Assembly (NCBI RefSeq): GCF_009914755.1
Contig: NC_060945.1
DNA: 64,000 bases
Direction: 5' to 3' (one strand)
Source: the human T2T-CHM13v2.0 reference genome, Homo sapiens
Shown in pieces: positions 1-15,645 of the stretch. A program made the position numbers and the translations under genes. Numbering within the stretch: the stretch's first letter is position 1; each line of letters opens with the position of its first letter. The notes under the pieces are model-generated. The model saw only the letters and a program-made list of their open reading frames with translations, was not told the origin of the DNA and did no database searches.

Positions 1-315
<315 letters not shown>

Positions 316-491
316 TAGGCTTAAGCATTCCACCCACCTCAGCCTCCCAAAGTGCTGGGATTAAAGGCATGAGCCACCACACCTAGCCCAAAATGTTAGT
401 ATAGTTAGCTGTAGGTGGCAGAATTATGGGTGATTTCTGTTTCCTTTGTACTTCTCTATTTCCTACAGTGATTATATATTATATTTAATCA

Positions 492-635
<144 letters not shown>

Positions 636-805
636 TTAGCCAGGTATGGTGGCGGTCGCCTATAGTCCCAGCTACTTGGGAGGCTGAGGTGGGAGAGAAT
701 CACTTGAACCCAGGAGGTGGAGGCTGAAGTGAGCCAAGATCGTGCCACTGCACTCCAGCCTGGGCAACCAAGCAAAACACTGTCTCAAAAAATAAATAAA
801 TAAAC

Positions 806-848
<43 letters not shown>
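806..848 (+). repeat. (GATA)n microsatellite grown from an Alu tail
   Basis: ~10 perfect GATA units. Confidence 0.95.
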
Positions 849-881
849 ATCAAGAACCTTTTTTTTCTTTTTAATTTTTAG

Positions 882-1377
<496 letters not shown>

Positions 1378-2438
1378 TCAGCTACTCAGGAGGCTGAGCT
1401 GGGAGAATCAGTTGAACCTGGGAGGGTGAGGCTGCCGTGAATCATGATCGTGTCACTGCACTGCGTCCTGGGCAACAGAGCTACCAGCGACCCTGTCTCA
1501 AAAAAGAAAGAATAAAAGAAATAGTCTAGTCTAGGTGTGGAGACTCATGCCTATAATCCTAGTACTTTGGAAGGCCAAGATGGGAAGATCACTTGAGCCC
1601 AGGAGTTTGAGACCAGCTTGGGCAACATAATGAGACCCCCATCTCTAAAACAAAACGAAAAAAAGAAATAGTCTGATTTTAAATTTGGTGTAGATAACAG
1701 AGTTGACTAAGGACCTGGAGCAAATTTTATGTGGTCATGGGAGTAGTCTCTGGGTCCCTCCGCTCCCCACATTTCTGTCGCCTAACCTGGACACAGACTC
1801 TCTTCCAAGTGCAGTTCCGGACGTTCCCTCCCAGTTGCGTTCATGAAACGTGTGCTGCGCCTGCCCCATCCTCCCCAGGCCTTGCCCTGATGTCGCACCA
1901 CTAATAAGCTTAGAGGGTTCCAGAAACAGTACACGTTTAAAATAATTTTGAGTTCTCCTGAGTCTGTTTAATCTGCTTCTTCATAGGCTGTAACACTCTG
2001 AATTTTTTAAGTGCTAAAAGTTGCATTAATATTGACTTGTGCTTCCTGAAGCATGCTCGTGAAAAGTGACTGTACTGCTGTGACAGGTTCTCACCAAGGT
2101 CCTAAACTGACCTGAGACTAGGGCCGGATTCCTGCGTCCATGCTCCTACCCCTGGTGGTCCAGGGCGATGCCGTGTCCCATCCGCTTGCCTGCGTCCCTG
2201 GACAGGAGCTTCCCATGCACCGCAGCCTTCGTCCTAACGGGACCACGTGTGGGGGAGGAAATCATCGAAGGCAGCAGGGAATTGGGGTTTTATGGGTACA
2301 AAAGGCAAAACATGTGCTTTTTCCCAGACTTACCTTCATTCCCATAGCCTGAACAATCAAAATGTCCTGGGAAATTATAAATGGCTTTGCAGAGTTTTTC
2401 TCCTTAAATAAATTTTCTTTCATTTTTTCTTTTTTTGA

Positions 2439-2738
<300 letters not shown>

Positions 2739-2822
2739 TAATTAGACAGTGGCTCCTGTGGAAGTAGTCACTTCTGTGTATTTGATATGTCAATAATTTG
2801 GTCTTTGGGTATATTTTGACAG

Positions 2823-2917
2823 CACTGGGCAAAAACCATTCCAGAAAAGATGGACTCAGTGATGAAAGAGGAAGAGATGACTGTGGAACCTTTGAGGACA
2901 CAGGGCCCCTTCTCCAG
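2823..2917 (+). CDS. RRP1B: RRP1B internal coding exon (A)LGKNHSRKDGLSDERGRDDCGTFEDTGPLLQ
   Basis: gacag| acceptor, CAG|gtgggt donor; 95 nt, phase 1 to 0; joins in frame with the next exon; peptide recognised as RRP1B. Confidence 0.93.
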
Positions 2918-3314
2918 GTGGGTAGCAGTTGTTGCTTTTTATAGAATATAGATTTGCTGTGGAGTAGCCTGACTAGAGAATTAGGGTCACAGCTAGTTAA
3001 GCTATAAGGCCTGAAGCGTAAACTCCTTTTTAATCCCTTCAGTCACTAAATGTCACCTTCTGAAGAATAACCTTATTGGAGACAAGGAAATGTAAATATG
3101 ATGGAGTTTTGAAAGAGATAGTAGCACTTATTTTGAATGGCTAAGCTCTCCTCTGTTCTCTACCACAGAGCCAGCTCTAGTGGCACTTTTCAAATAAAAA
3201 AAAGTTTGCCAAGTACAGATTGCAAATCTAGATTAAATTTAAAATTTAATTACAAGCTCACGCCTGTAATCCCAGCACTTTGGGAGGCCCAGGCGGGCAG
3301 ATCACCTGAGGTCA

Positions 3315-3584
<270 letters not shown>

Positions 3585-3619
3585 TTAAGAATTGCTTACC
3601 CAGCTTTTCCCAAGAATAA

Positions 3620-3820
<201 letters not shown>

Positions 3821-4096
3821 TAGCCAGGATGGTCTCGATGTCCTGACCTTGTGATCCACCCGCCTCAGCCTCCCAAAGTGCTGGGATTACAGGCATGAGC
3901 CACCGCGCCCGGCCTGAACATGCATTTTTCAAAGGTAGTGCTTGTGCTCCTGGTTGCCAAGTCCCAGCACAAGCTTGTTTAGCCTATCTGTTGCCAAATG
4001 CTTCAGTAAGGGTTTCTCTTACTAGCAGATGTAAATGGCCAAGTCAGGCAGTGTTGTTTGGCTGCAGACTTATGTTTAGTTTCTCTTCCTGCCTAG

Positions 4097-4194
4097 TTTG
4101 ACTATAAGGCTGTTGCTGATCGACTCCTGGAAATGACCAGCAGGAAGAACACGCCCCACTTCAACAGGAAGCGCCTCTCCAAACTCATCAAGAA
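4097..4194 (+). CDS. RRP1B: RRP1B exon FDYKAVADRLLEMTSRKNTPHFNRKRLSKLIK(K)
   Basis: polypyrimidine tract + tag| acceptor, AA|gtcagt donor; 98 nt, phase 0 to 2. Confidence 0.95.
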
Positions 4195-5313
4195 GTCAGT
4201 AACTGGGGAGAGGGTTCTGACATCATCATTCCTTTAGTTCTCATCTCCTGGTGTGGGACAAGCCATCTGCATGCTTATCTTTTTTCTTTCTTCTTTTTTT
4301 GTCCTTTAATGCTTTTGTGTATAGCAATGTAATAGACACATGTAAACTGAAAAGCTTAATGGAAACAGCAGTCCCACCCCTCAGGTTCCATTCTTCCAGT
4401 GCAGCCATACTCATCTCTTAGCTGCTTTAGAATGATGTGAAGTCTATTCATGTCTAAAATGAACCAACCAGAAACTGATGTGAATCTGCTATTTAGGTGT
4501 CTTCTGCTGGTGTGCTGCTGAGATAGATAGGGTTAATTCTTTACCTCTCCCCTCCCTCCCATATGGCTATGCCAAAAGTGTTAGTTAATTCAGCTGTCAG
4601 TGTTGATGTCACTCTGACCATAGTGACATGATGACCTGGAATTCATGGAGGGCCTCGTGTGGCTTGCTGTCATTGGTGACAACAACTGTCTGATCACACT
4701 CTAGGAGCCGGGCACTGCTCTGAGCACTTTGTATACATTCAAGTATTCCATGTTAAGCCCCCAGAAAGTAGCTCCTGTAGTTTTGCCCATTTCCCAGCTG
4801 GTTCTTAGGGCACAGGATGGTCCTAGCTTGCCTGAGGTCCCTGCCATCCAGTGTCTCCTCCCCCATGCACCTCCCCACACTGCGCTTCGATGCGTCTTGT
4901 TTGTTCTAATGCACAAAAATTGTGTGAAGCAAAACATGGCTTCGCCTTTCTCCACTGGAGAATTGAATATGAGAGAGATCTAAGCTATTTCTGCCTTCAG
5001 AAACAAAAATTGAATTTCTTAGTTTGATTTGGGTGTGCCAAGATGCATCTTTGGCCCGCCGTGTCCTTGCTGGTATTGATGGTAACCGAGGGCGGCACTG
5101 GCCTTGAGCTTTTTGGCTTTTGTATTGCACCACCCTTCCCTCACAGAATTTCCTGTCTAGCCTCCCCTCCTGGAGGAGAACGTGAATTAACAACTATTTA
5201 ACTATGGCTTGTATTTTAAAAATCAAATACATATGTCTACAGAAGACAGAAGGGATTTCTTTATGAACATTTGTTATTTTTTTATTTTTTATTTTTTATT
5301 TTTTTATTTTTAG

Positions 5314-5333
5314 ATTCCAAGACCTTTCTGAAG
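5314..5333 (+). CDS. RRP1B: RRP1B 20-nt microexon (K)FQDLSE(G)
   Basis: long T-rich tract + tag|, G|gtgagg donor; bridges phase 2 to phase 1, which the flanking exons require. Confidence 0.93.
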
Positions 5334-5469
5334 GTGAGGCGCGCCAAGAATCATCATTCATGGTGTTTTTCGTGAATATGGACCCCACTGGGGGCGTTGA
5401 TGCCAAACGCTGAGAAACAAGATTGAAAGAACTTTACTGAAAACCTCTGATAAGAAATAATAGTCCCTA

Positions 5470-5664
<195 letters not shown>

Positions 5665-6347
5665 TTAAGAAAGACAGACCAGCCCTTACCTAGTCATACC
5701 GCAGTACAGCGTGGGAAGTGATGCAAGCCTAGGGCTCCCTGCAGCCTGCCCACCTTCCTATCCTGGGCTCTCCCTAACCACCAAAGCAAGAGGGCAGACT
5801 GCTCTCATGTGTGGGTACTGCGATGTTTTGGTTTGGTTTTTATTATTTTAACTAGATGGATTTTCAATGGCCTAGGAAGGTTTTAATTGGATACTCTATG
5901 AAGGTAAAAAATGTAATTTCTCAGGATCCCTTTCATTTGCTCTTATGGTCAATGGTCCCCCCGGGAAAGGCTGATGCTGTAAGCTTTGTTACATTTGGAC
6001 AAGTCAGTGAAGTTACCCCATACCCGTCATTCACTAGGGACACTTGGAATTGGGAAAGGCACCAGCAAGCTGGTTGGAATGCAGAGACTGCATTAGCCAA
6101 GCGTCCGGGGTCCAGCCATGGAGGGTGTCACCGAGGGCTTGTGATCCCTTGCCTTGCCTTGGTTGAGAAATCCACAAAGCTTTTTTAAGTCTGTAATTCC
6201 TGTGTCAGCAGCGCTCAGGTTTGGGTGGGAGAAACGGTGAGGAACGATGATGATGAGGCAGAAATTGGGAGGGGTGCTGCTCTTAGGCCCCTGGGGCAGA
6301 GTCTTGAGCGCCTGGGGAAGCTAACAGTGTGTCACTCTGGCATCTAG

Positions 6348-6479
6348 GAAGCAGTATATCTCAACTCAGTTTTGCGGAGGACATTTCTGCTGATGAAGAT
6401 GACCAAATCCTCAGTCAAGGAAAGCATAAGAAGAAAGGAAATAAACTTTTAGAGAAAACTAACTTGGAAAAGGAGAAAG
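6348..6479 (+). CDS. RRP1B: RRP1B exon (G)SSISQLSFAEDISADEDDQILSQGKHKKKGNKLLEKTNLEKEK(G)
   Basis: CTAAC branch-like motif at 6321, tag| acceptor, G|gtaagc donor; 132 nt, phase 1-1. Confidence 0.95.
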
Positions 6480-7059
6480 GTAAGCTGTAAAGCTAAAAAG
6501 AAGGGCACGACTCAGCCCTTGGGGAGCGGCATGCACCATGGAGGCCTCGGAGACTTGAGCTCGTGCCGTCATAAAGCATTAGCAGAGCCCAAAGCTTCAG
6601 TCTTTAATGGCTGAGAGGTAAAGGCGGTTTTCCAAGTGTTGTGCTGTTTTTGGTGGAGCCGCGTCCCCACCTCACCCCGCTCACGTCCGCCTGCTCTCCA
6701 GGGCACCTCTGCAGGGAAGCAGGAGCTGCAGGGAGCACTGGGGGGCGGCTGTTTGATGACCACTCGAGATCTATGGTTTTTACCCTTGAGCCCTAAAATT
6801 AGTGGAAATGGGACTATTTCAGTTCCATATGTGTTTATAAACGGACAGAAGGAAGGCTTCCAGTCACAGTTGGGGATGGAGGAAGTGGGACCAGACGACA
6901 AAGGTAGTGGGCGCACCAAGTACCTCAAGGGAGACAGGAACTTTCCTCGTGGTAGAATGTCAGGAAATTGCGTCCGCCAGTCATACTGTCTGAGAATCGC
7001 CAGCAGGACTCTGGCCCAGCTGGCACTGGGTGCTTGTTGATGGGTTTCTGTCTTTTTAG

Positions 7060-7784
7060 GAAGCAGAGTCTTTTGTGTAGAGGAAGAGGACAGTGAAAGC
7101 AGTCTTCAAAAGAGAAGAAGGAAGAAGAAGAAGAAGCACCACCTGCAGCCTGAAAATCCAGGCCCAGGGGGTGCAGCCCCGTCCCTGGAACAGAACCGGG
7201 GCAGGGAGCCCGAGGCCTCTGGGCTGAAAGCCCTGAAGGCACGTGTGGCCGAGCCAGGTGCAGAGGCCACGTCCAGCACTGGGGAGGAGAGTGGCTCCGA
7301 GCATCCTCCAGCCGTCCCCATGCACAATAAAAGGAAACGGCCACGGAAGAAGAGCCCGAGGGCCCACAGGGAAATGTTGGAATCAGCAGTGTTGCCCCCA
7401 GAGGACATGTCTCAGAGTGGCCCGAGTGGCAGTCATCCTCAGGGACCTAGAGGGTCCCCGACAGGTGGAGCCCAACTCCTAAAAAGGAAGCGGAAACTTG
7501 GAGTTGTGCCCGTCAATGGCAGTGGCCTGTCCACGCCGGCCTGGCCTCCATTGCAGCAGGAAGGCCCTCCCACAGGCCCCGCAGAGGGGGCGAACAGCCA
7601 CACCACGCTGCCCCAGCGCAGGAGGCTGCAGAAAAAGAAGGCAGGGCCCGGCAGCCTGGAGCTCTGTGGCCTGCCCAGCCAGAAAACAGCAAGTTTGAAA
7701 AAGAGGAAGAAAATGAGAGTGATGTCAAACTTGGTGGAGCACAACGGGGTGCTGGAGTCCGAAGCTGGGCAACCCCAGGCTCTG
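7060..7784 (+). CDS. RRP1B: RRP1B large exon; basic NLS/NoLS-like tracts ([27 protein letters not shown])
   Basis: tctttttag| acceptor, CTG|gtaagg donor; 725 nt open, overlaps ORF 7245..7910. Confidence 0.97.
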
Positions 7785-8328
7785 GTAAGGTGGGAGCACC
7801 CACAGGCCAGCTCGCCACAGAGGCACTCACTCGCGTCCATGGGGCTCCACTGCCTCCTGAGAGGAAGGGTGGGGGCTGGCGGCCAGGCCTCTGGACTCAG
7901 CAGCAGTTAGAATAGGGTGTGTTCATAACAGCCTTCACTAAGGAGGAAATCACAGGTGACCAGTACTTCGGTCCTCCTCATCGGCCACCTTCACTCCCTT
8001 AGGCCACATGCTTGGGTTCGGGAGGGCCCACTCCAAGCTGGGAAAGTTATCCCTTGGGCCAGGCACTCCTGCCCCAGGCGTGTTCAGGCCAGTCTAGGCC
8101 TCTGTCAAAGGCAGGTCTGGTTTTCTTCATCAGCGCATGGCCAGTCCAGGCCCCTTTGGCAAAAGAGGAAGCCCAAAATTCTCTTGCTTCACTCACCTTC
8201 TTTTCTATATTCTTTTCTTTTCTTAGCTTCCCCCCTACCCCCCAGCTCAAGAAACTTCACTAGCAGGACCACTTATCTTCTTAATGGAAAGACTTTCCTT
8301 CCACTTTGATTTCTAGAGCCAGATATAA

Positions 8329-8882
<554 letters not shown>

Positions 8883-9831
8883 TAAGTGGACATGTGTGGA
8901 CCTGGTGAAGCGCTGGTTTGGGGCTAAGAGTGTCTGCAAGTGGCTAGTGAGTGAGTTTATGGTCAGGAAAGCCTTACCCAGGGGCAGCAGTGCACTGAGC
9001 TGGACGGCAGGAGGCCCATTTCTAGCCTCGAGTCTCTCCTACCTCACAGTGCCGCCATCTCCTCCCTGGACTGCAGCCTGCCCCTCGTACCCTCAGCGCT
9101 GCTCCCTCACTAAGAGGGCCAGAGACATTGCCTTTCTTGCTGTCGTCTCAGGCCCCTGGCAGCCTATTGTAAAGAGGATGGGGTGTTGCTCAATAAGTCC
9201 CAGGGTCAAGGGAAGCTTTCCCCTGCCATCTGTCATGGCACAGGGAAGGCGCACAGGAGAAGCTCCTCGGGCTTCCCTGCCCTCCAGGCGGCACACTTGA
9301 ACCTGCCGGAGCCACCCGTGTGTCGGCAGCGGCACTGGGCTGCCCACACCTCTGAGAGCCAAGTACGAGACCCGGTCTCTCTCTGGGTGGCTGTCAGTTG
9401 CTGCACACGCAATGAGTGTCCTGGGCCTGCCTGTGAGGGACCCACAGCCCCACATGGGCATCACTGTCCTCCACACCAGACTGCCAGCGCAGTGACGATT
9501 CAGCTACAAATGGGAGAGTCGATCTTATTAACAGATCGGCTTTGAAAGGCCAAAATCCCCATTTTGAAGATGAAGATAAAAGTGGGTCCTTACTCTGACG
9601 AGGCGTTTTCATCGCCCCTCTTGGCATGGTGCCATGATAGCGGTCGTGTTGTGCGTGAAGCCTGAGCTCTGCCGAATGGAAGGGCTGTCTGCAAGTGCGG
9701 TGCGGAAGACCGCGGGCCGTCGGGTGGGCTGGATCTGCCTGGGGCTCTGCCTTCCCCTCCTGTGTGTGTGGGCAGCACAGGAGGCTCTGTCGTCTGACCC
9801 CTCCTCCGCTTCTCACCCCTCGCTCACGTAG

Positions 9832-9984
9832 GGAAGCAGTGGGACTTGCAGTTCCCTGAAGAAGCAGAAGCTGAGGGCAGAGAGCGACTTTGTGAAGTTT
9901 GACACCCCCTTCTTACCAAAGCCCCTGTTCTTCAGAAGAGCCAAGAGCAGCACTGCCACCCACCCTCCAGGCCCTGCCGTCCAG
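9832..9984 (+). CDS. RRP1B: RRP1B exon GSSGTCSSLKKQKLRAESDFVKFDTPFLPKPLFFRRAKSSTATHPPGPAVQ
   Basis: C-rich tract + tag|, CAG|gtacgc donor; 153 nt, phase 0-0. Confidence 0.95.
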
Positions 9985-10982
9985 GTACGCACCCTCCCCA
10001 GAGTGGCACAGCACATTTCACCACAAGGGCACAGATGGGCTTGAGCTGACAGTGCTTCCCATGCCGGGCCTGGAGCCCCACTGTGGCCCTCTGAGCCTGT
10101 CCACAGTGGACAGGTTCCACGGCCAGGGTAGCATAAGGTCTGAGTGGTCTGGGACCCACCCTGAGGGATCACAGTCAGGAAGGGGACTTTGAGGGGCGGT
10201 TGATCCACACATTCTGCCTCCCAGGGCTTCCGGCTCAGGGTTTGCAGAAACCAGTTTTCTCTCGTGAAATGTCACAGTGTTAAACACAAGTGGTGCAAGT
10301 CAGCAGTAGGAGGTCCACACAGAAATGTGGGTCAGAGCAGGAACTTGAGGCAGTGCTTCCTGATGCAGGCTGGATCCACTTCCAGGAATGTAAGTAGGAA
10401 AGAAGATAGTTGATTGTGGTGAACTGTTGGGATATGCAGATAGCTCAGAGTCCTTGTGCACAAAAAGCTGGAAACTGTGTGTCCATTGTCCATTGCAGTG
10501 AGATTCCATCATAGGCATCGTCTCATCGATGTCATAGAGTCTTCAAGTTAGAAGTTCAGAACTCTCCAGCAAAAGGCAGGGGAGTCTTGGCATTTTTCCT
10601 CACGGGTTCTCAGTGGTGAACTGTTTTTAGGACAGTTCAGGCATCCTCTCTGTTTGCCTTTCTTCCCTGGATCGTAGAACCCTGCAGCGGTAATGAGGCA
10701 GTGACCGCAGATGGGCCAAGAGTGTGGGCACCACTGACCCTGGGCTGGGGGGTTGCGTGTGTGGGACGCTGGGAAGGACAAAGGGCGGTCCTGGTGAAGC
10801 CCCGACAGGAGGGTCGGTTTCAGTCTTGGCCGCAGTCCCTTTGGCCTCTCCCTATATGTGCCACTCAGTAAGCAGCAGTGTGGGCGGCATACCCTCCAGG
10901 GCAGGTTCTCCAGAAAAATCTGACTAAGCGCCTCCACTGCACTTGCGTCACTCCTTTTGTTCCTGTTATTTCTCTTCTGCAG

Positions 10983-11046
10983 CTAAACAAGACACCATCC
11001 AGCTCCAAGAAAGTCACCTTTGGGCTGAACAGAAACATGACTGCCG
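10983..11046 (+). CDS. RRP1B: RRP1B penultimate exon [21 protein letters not shown](E); contains the PP1-binding RVxF motif KVTF
   Basis: strong polypyrimidine tract + cag|, G|gtaagt donor; counting back from a 758-aa end places KVTF at residues 683-686. Confidence 0.96.
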
Positions 11047-11924
11047 GTAAGTGGGGTTTTGCCAGCGGCAAGCTTCTCTGGAGCACAGCTGCAGCTCCTG
11101 GCGCGGCTCGCAGCCTGGTTCCACAAGGCGGTCGGGGAAGAGGGGGGTCCTAGCTCCTCACTGCCCATTTCTTTATTTTTATTTTTTTTTTTTTTTGAGA
11201 CAGAGTCTCGCTGCTCTGTCACCCAGGCTGCAGTGCAGTGGCGAGATCTTGGCTCACTGCAACCTCCGCCCCCCCAGGTTCAAGCGATTCTCCTGCCTCA
11301 GGCTGCCGGGTAGCGGGTAGCTGGGATCACAGGTGCACGCCATCACATCCAGCTAATTTTTGTATTTTTAGTAAAGATGGAGTTTCACCATGTCAGCCAG
11401 GCTGGTCTCAAACTCCTGACCTCAGGTGATCTGCCTGCCTCGGCCTCCCAAAGATCTGGGATTACAAGCGTGAGCCACCGAGCCCGGCCCCTCACTGCCC
11501 ATTTCTGAGTCAGAAGGAAGCACCTATGTGTCTGTCCCTCATCCTCAAAGGGCTGTGAGTGGGGTGCCAGTGGTGAGTGGGCAGCCAATTGCCTGGGACC
11601 TGTTAAGAGAAGCTACCTGGTGAGACGTGATCCAAAAAGCCGTTTTCCCAAGTGTCTTTCTAAATACTGAAAGCCGTCCCATAGAGAGGCCATTTGAGAT
11701 CGTAGTGCTCCATCAGCTGTAGCTGTCTCTCTGCGAAACTTCGGAACCACTTGCTTCTTGGGCGACAGAGAAGGGTAACCCCTATCTTCCTACTTTTCAT
11801 ATTGGTGCCATCCATTCGAGTTGCTTTTACAAAGGAAACCAAAGTTTTAAAAAGTAGTATAGGCCAGGCGCGGTGGCTCATGCCTGTAATCCCAACACTT
11901 TGGGAGGCCAAGGTGGGCAGATCA

Positions 11925-12143
<219 letters not shown>

Positions 12144-12732
12144 TCAAAAAAAAAAAAAAAGTATTATAACGAATTTAGGACCTGACTCTTGTTGGGAACT
12201 GCAAGTAATAGAGAGTATGTGTATGTGTGAGTGTGTGTACATGCACCAGTATATATGTGTGTGTGCGTGTGCATGCACACATGCGTGAGTGTGTATGTTT
12301 AGGGAGAAGAGACTCTGAGAGACTGAGGAGCTCACCCAGCCTTTACAACTGGAGAAAATGAACAGTACGAATCCTGCAGCTCCACATAGCACAGATTTGT
12401 CCCAGACACAAATGCCTGGTTCACTCATTGTCCAAAACACCCCCACCCCCAATGTTCACCCTTCCAGGAGCCACCCTACCAGCAGCTCCCCTTAGTCTGT
12501 GCAGGCAGCCCTGGGCCCTCCCTTGGGAGGGTGAGTTGAGGCATGGGATGTGGCCTCACTGCCCTCCTTTCCTCAGAAGGCTCTTGGGCCTGCTCTCTGC
12601 AGGGCCTTGAGATGGCCCTGCTTCGTCCTAGCAAGTGGGTGGGGTCGGCACCCAGGCAGGACGCTGTCTAAGGTGTTGAAGGGACAGCTGTCGGACCCAC
12701 TTAATATGGGGCCTTGCTCTCATTTGGGACAG

Positions 12733-12926
12733 AATTCAAGAAGACAGACAAGAGTATCTTGGTCAGTCCCACGGGCCCTTCTCGAGTGGCCTTCGACCCT
12801 GAACAGAAGCCCCTCCACGGGGTGCTGAAGACCCCCACCAGCTCACCTGCCAGCTCACCCCTGGTGGCCAAGAAGCCCCTGACCACCACACCAAGGAGAA
12901 GGCCCAGGGCTATGGATTTCTTCTGA
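12733..12926 (+). CDS. RRP1B: RRP1B last coding exon (E)FKKTDKSILVSP...RRRPRAMDFF*
   Basis: gacag| acceptor; stop TGA 12924-12926; matches ORF 12714..12926; SILK-like KSILV motif. Confidence 0.96.
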
Positions 12927-15620
12927 GGAGCAGCAGAGTCCCTTGTAAAAGACTGCTTTTGTACAGAATGCGCTATAAATTATACCTTTAAGAATGTGGG
13001 GCCTTTTTTATGATTTTGTAAGTTCCCATAAGTTGTGTGCACGAGGTTCTGAGAGTGCCCGCAGGCTGCTGCGTCCTGGCCCCTCTGTAGTGGCTGCGGG
13101 CGTCTTGGTTGAATCTTTTGCTACAAACCATGTTTGCGTTTGAGCTCTCCAGGATTTTACATTTTTGGGTAACCTCAGTGATTCCCATTGGTGTAGGAAA
13201 TGAGACCCTCTCTGAAGCTGAGGAGAGCACGTTGATCTGAACTTTAAATCAATCAGTGCTGCTGGCACAATGAAAGGTGGAACTGCACTTCTGTTGAGCT
13301 CTCAGTTCTGCGGAATTTGGTACTCATTACCGTATTCGCCGTACTAAGTTGGTTTCTGTTAGTCTTAACAGTCTGTTTTCTTTTAAAAGCATGTAGGGCT
13401 TCATTGCCATGTTCTGTGGGTGTTTGGCAGGTTACCGATGGGGAAGATTCTTGTCACAGAATCAGCAATACCATAGTTTTTCTACATGTGCTCAGCTGGG
13501 GGTGTGGACAGGTAGGGGTGGGGAAAGAAGAGGCTCTGCGTTCTGGGGGCTTTTTCTTCTCCTCCCCCTACCCGGTTTCCCTCCCTGTTTTCCTACCTCT
13601 ACGGCAAGCCCAAAGTGTCTTCCCGGGAGCCCAGCGCAGCCCCCGGCTCTTACCCAGGACCCCGCCCCGTGCTGAGCCTTCTGCTGAGGTCCTTGCGTGG
13701 AGCACACTCATTCCTCCAAGCCCTTGCGCTCCCGTTTCTCTCTCTCTCCGTCCACGTTCCAGCCGAGTCACTGCCTGACCGGCTCCATGGCAGCTCCCCA
13801 TCTTCCCTAGAGGCTGCCTGCGCATCTGGAGCCTGCGCTCCGGCTCAGCGACCTTTCCTCTCAAATGCGGAAGCGTGCACTTACAGTTCAGACCGTTCTC
13901 CTGTAAGTTCATTACAAACACGGGCGGAAGGCACTCAGGCTTTCGTTGGAGAAACAGAAATAAGGCCTTCTTTTGAGCAGCGATTGCTGGATCATTGATC
14001 TGTTTGAGGAAGTGTCTGACCTGGGCCTGAGAGCTGGAGAAGGTGCAGATTCAAAGTGAGCGGCTCCTGAGGAGAGCCGCCAAGGCTGCTCGCCTTCTCC
14101 GTGGCTTCCGCAGCTACCGTCTGCACGGTGAGAGGGCACGGGCACACGGTTCGGGCTGGCGTGCAGCTCTCCCAGCCAGCCACGCTCTGCTCAGGCCTGG
14201 AAGTGAAAGCCGCCTCCTTCCCGTTATGCCCCCCATACAGGAGCCTCGGTTTTTCAGCAAAACGCGGCCAGTCCCCTTCTCCACTGCTGCCTCCCAGCAG
14301 AGGGCCCCAGGATCTCCAAGGTCCCAGCTATGGCTTTGGACAACGTGGCTTCGGCCCCTGGGGTTGCAGAGCTTGCATTGGGTTTACCTCGGTCTCATTC
14401 ATTCATGGAGCCAAGGGTGGGGTTTCACCTGCGAACATCAGACTGACTTGCTGGCGTCAAGAGCAGTTGACTCACTGATGAAGGCCCTGGTGAGGAGAAA
14501 GCACTCTGTTCTTCGCCTACTCTGTAATCGTTTTGTCATAATGAGCCATGAAAAAAGTAATGAACTTGTGCTGTTAATCGTCACTGTAATGAGAAGTCTT
14601 ACGTACAACATAGCTGTGGTGGCTTAATGGCTGCATTAGATAGGATCCTCACATCCCATTCAGAACCAAAACTGATACAGTGAAACAATTAAGGTGAGCA
14701 AATAGTTTTAACTTTTCTTTTTTTTTTTTAAGTTTCATTCTTCCTAGAATATTTTTCTAACAATTTTTATTTCAGCTTTAAAGATGGGTCATATAGCCAA
14801 ACGGGCCATATAATCCAACATTGTTGAGATGTCTTAGGACATCTAAGGCAAAACTGGCACATTTGTTCTGCAGACTATTGCAGGAATGTTTTTTCCTAGC
14901 ATTTCTATATTATCTGTCCATTCTGAGGAACCAGTGAATGTCCTATAAATGCACCTCCTGTCAAAACCATGCCTGAGAGGTCCCGGCTGGGAGTGACAGG
15001 GTGCTTCTTAGATTCTATTGGTCCTTCTCTCATTCTCCGAACTTACTCCTTTTTATGGGTAAGTCAACTAGGTTTACAGTCCCTTATTTTTAATGCCTAA
15101 GTTTTGACAGCAGGAAGAAAACAATTTTTTAAAAATTCTCATTACATAGACGCACAAGAATATGTCACATAAAGAAAATGTGTTTAGAATACTGGTTTTC
15201 TATTTACGCATGATATTTTCCTAAGTAAAATTGCCAAGTGGACTTGGAAGTCCAGAAAGGAAAATAATTTAAATTAATGCTGGTGATCTTAACAATATTT
15301 TGTAAAATGATGCTTCCCCCTTCTCCATGGTCTAGTCAATTTTGTACAATTAGGTATCTGACTTTACAAGTTTGTTATCCTTTCTAATTTTTACTGAACT
15401 GAAAGCACAAAGAAGACTACACAGAAAATCTGGAAACAGTTGCAGGTGTTGGGAGGAAGATGAAATCGAGCTGTCTTTTAACTTTTGTATGTGTTTTATC
15501 AGAATTTGCTGGACTATGCTGGCAAGGACTTTGTTTACGATCAAATTGTACTAGTGTCTGCAGGGTTTGTCAGTACTCGTCAAAGCCAAGTCCAATTAAA
15601 AAAAAAAGTCTTTGCCCTCC
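12927..15620 (+). other. RRP1B: RRP1B 3' UTR (~2.7 kb, Alu-free)
   Basis: unique sequence between the stop codon and the ATTAAA signal; end position inferred. Confidence 0.75.
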
Positions 15621-15645
15621 AATTTGTGTTTGATGTTGACTTTCA
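15595..15645 (+). terminator. RRP1B: RRP1B polyadenylation signal ATTAAA with downstream GT/T-rich element
   Basis: ATTAAA 15595-15600, then tttgtgtttgatgttgacttt from ~15623. Confidence 0.75.

Noticed and set aside
13317-14627. 153-aa and 194-aa ORFs in the RRP1B 3' UTR
   Set aside because: Non-ATG starts, no recognisable domain or splice context
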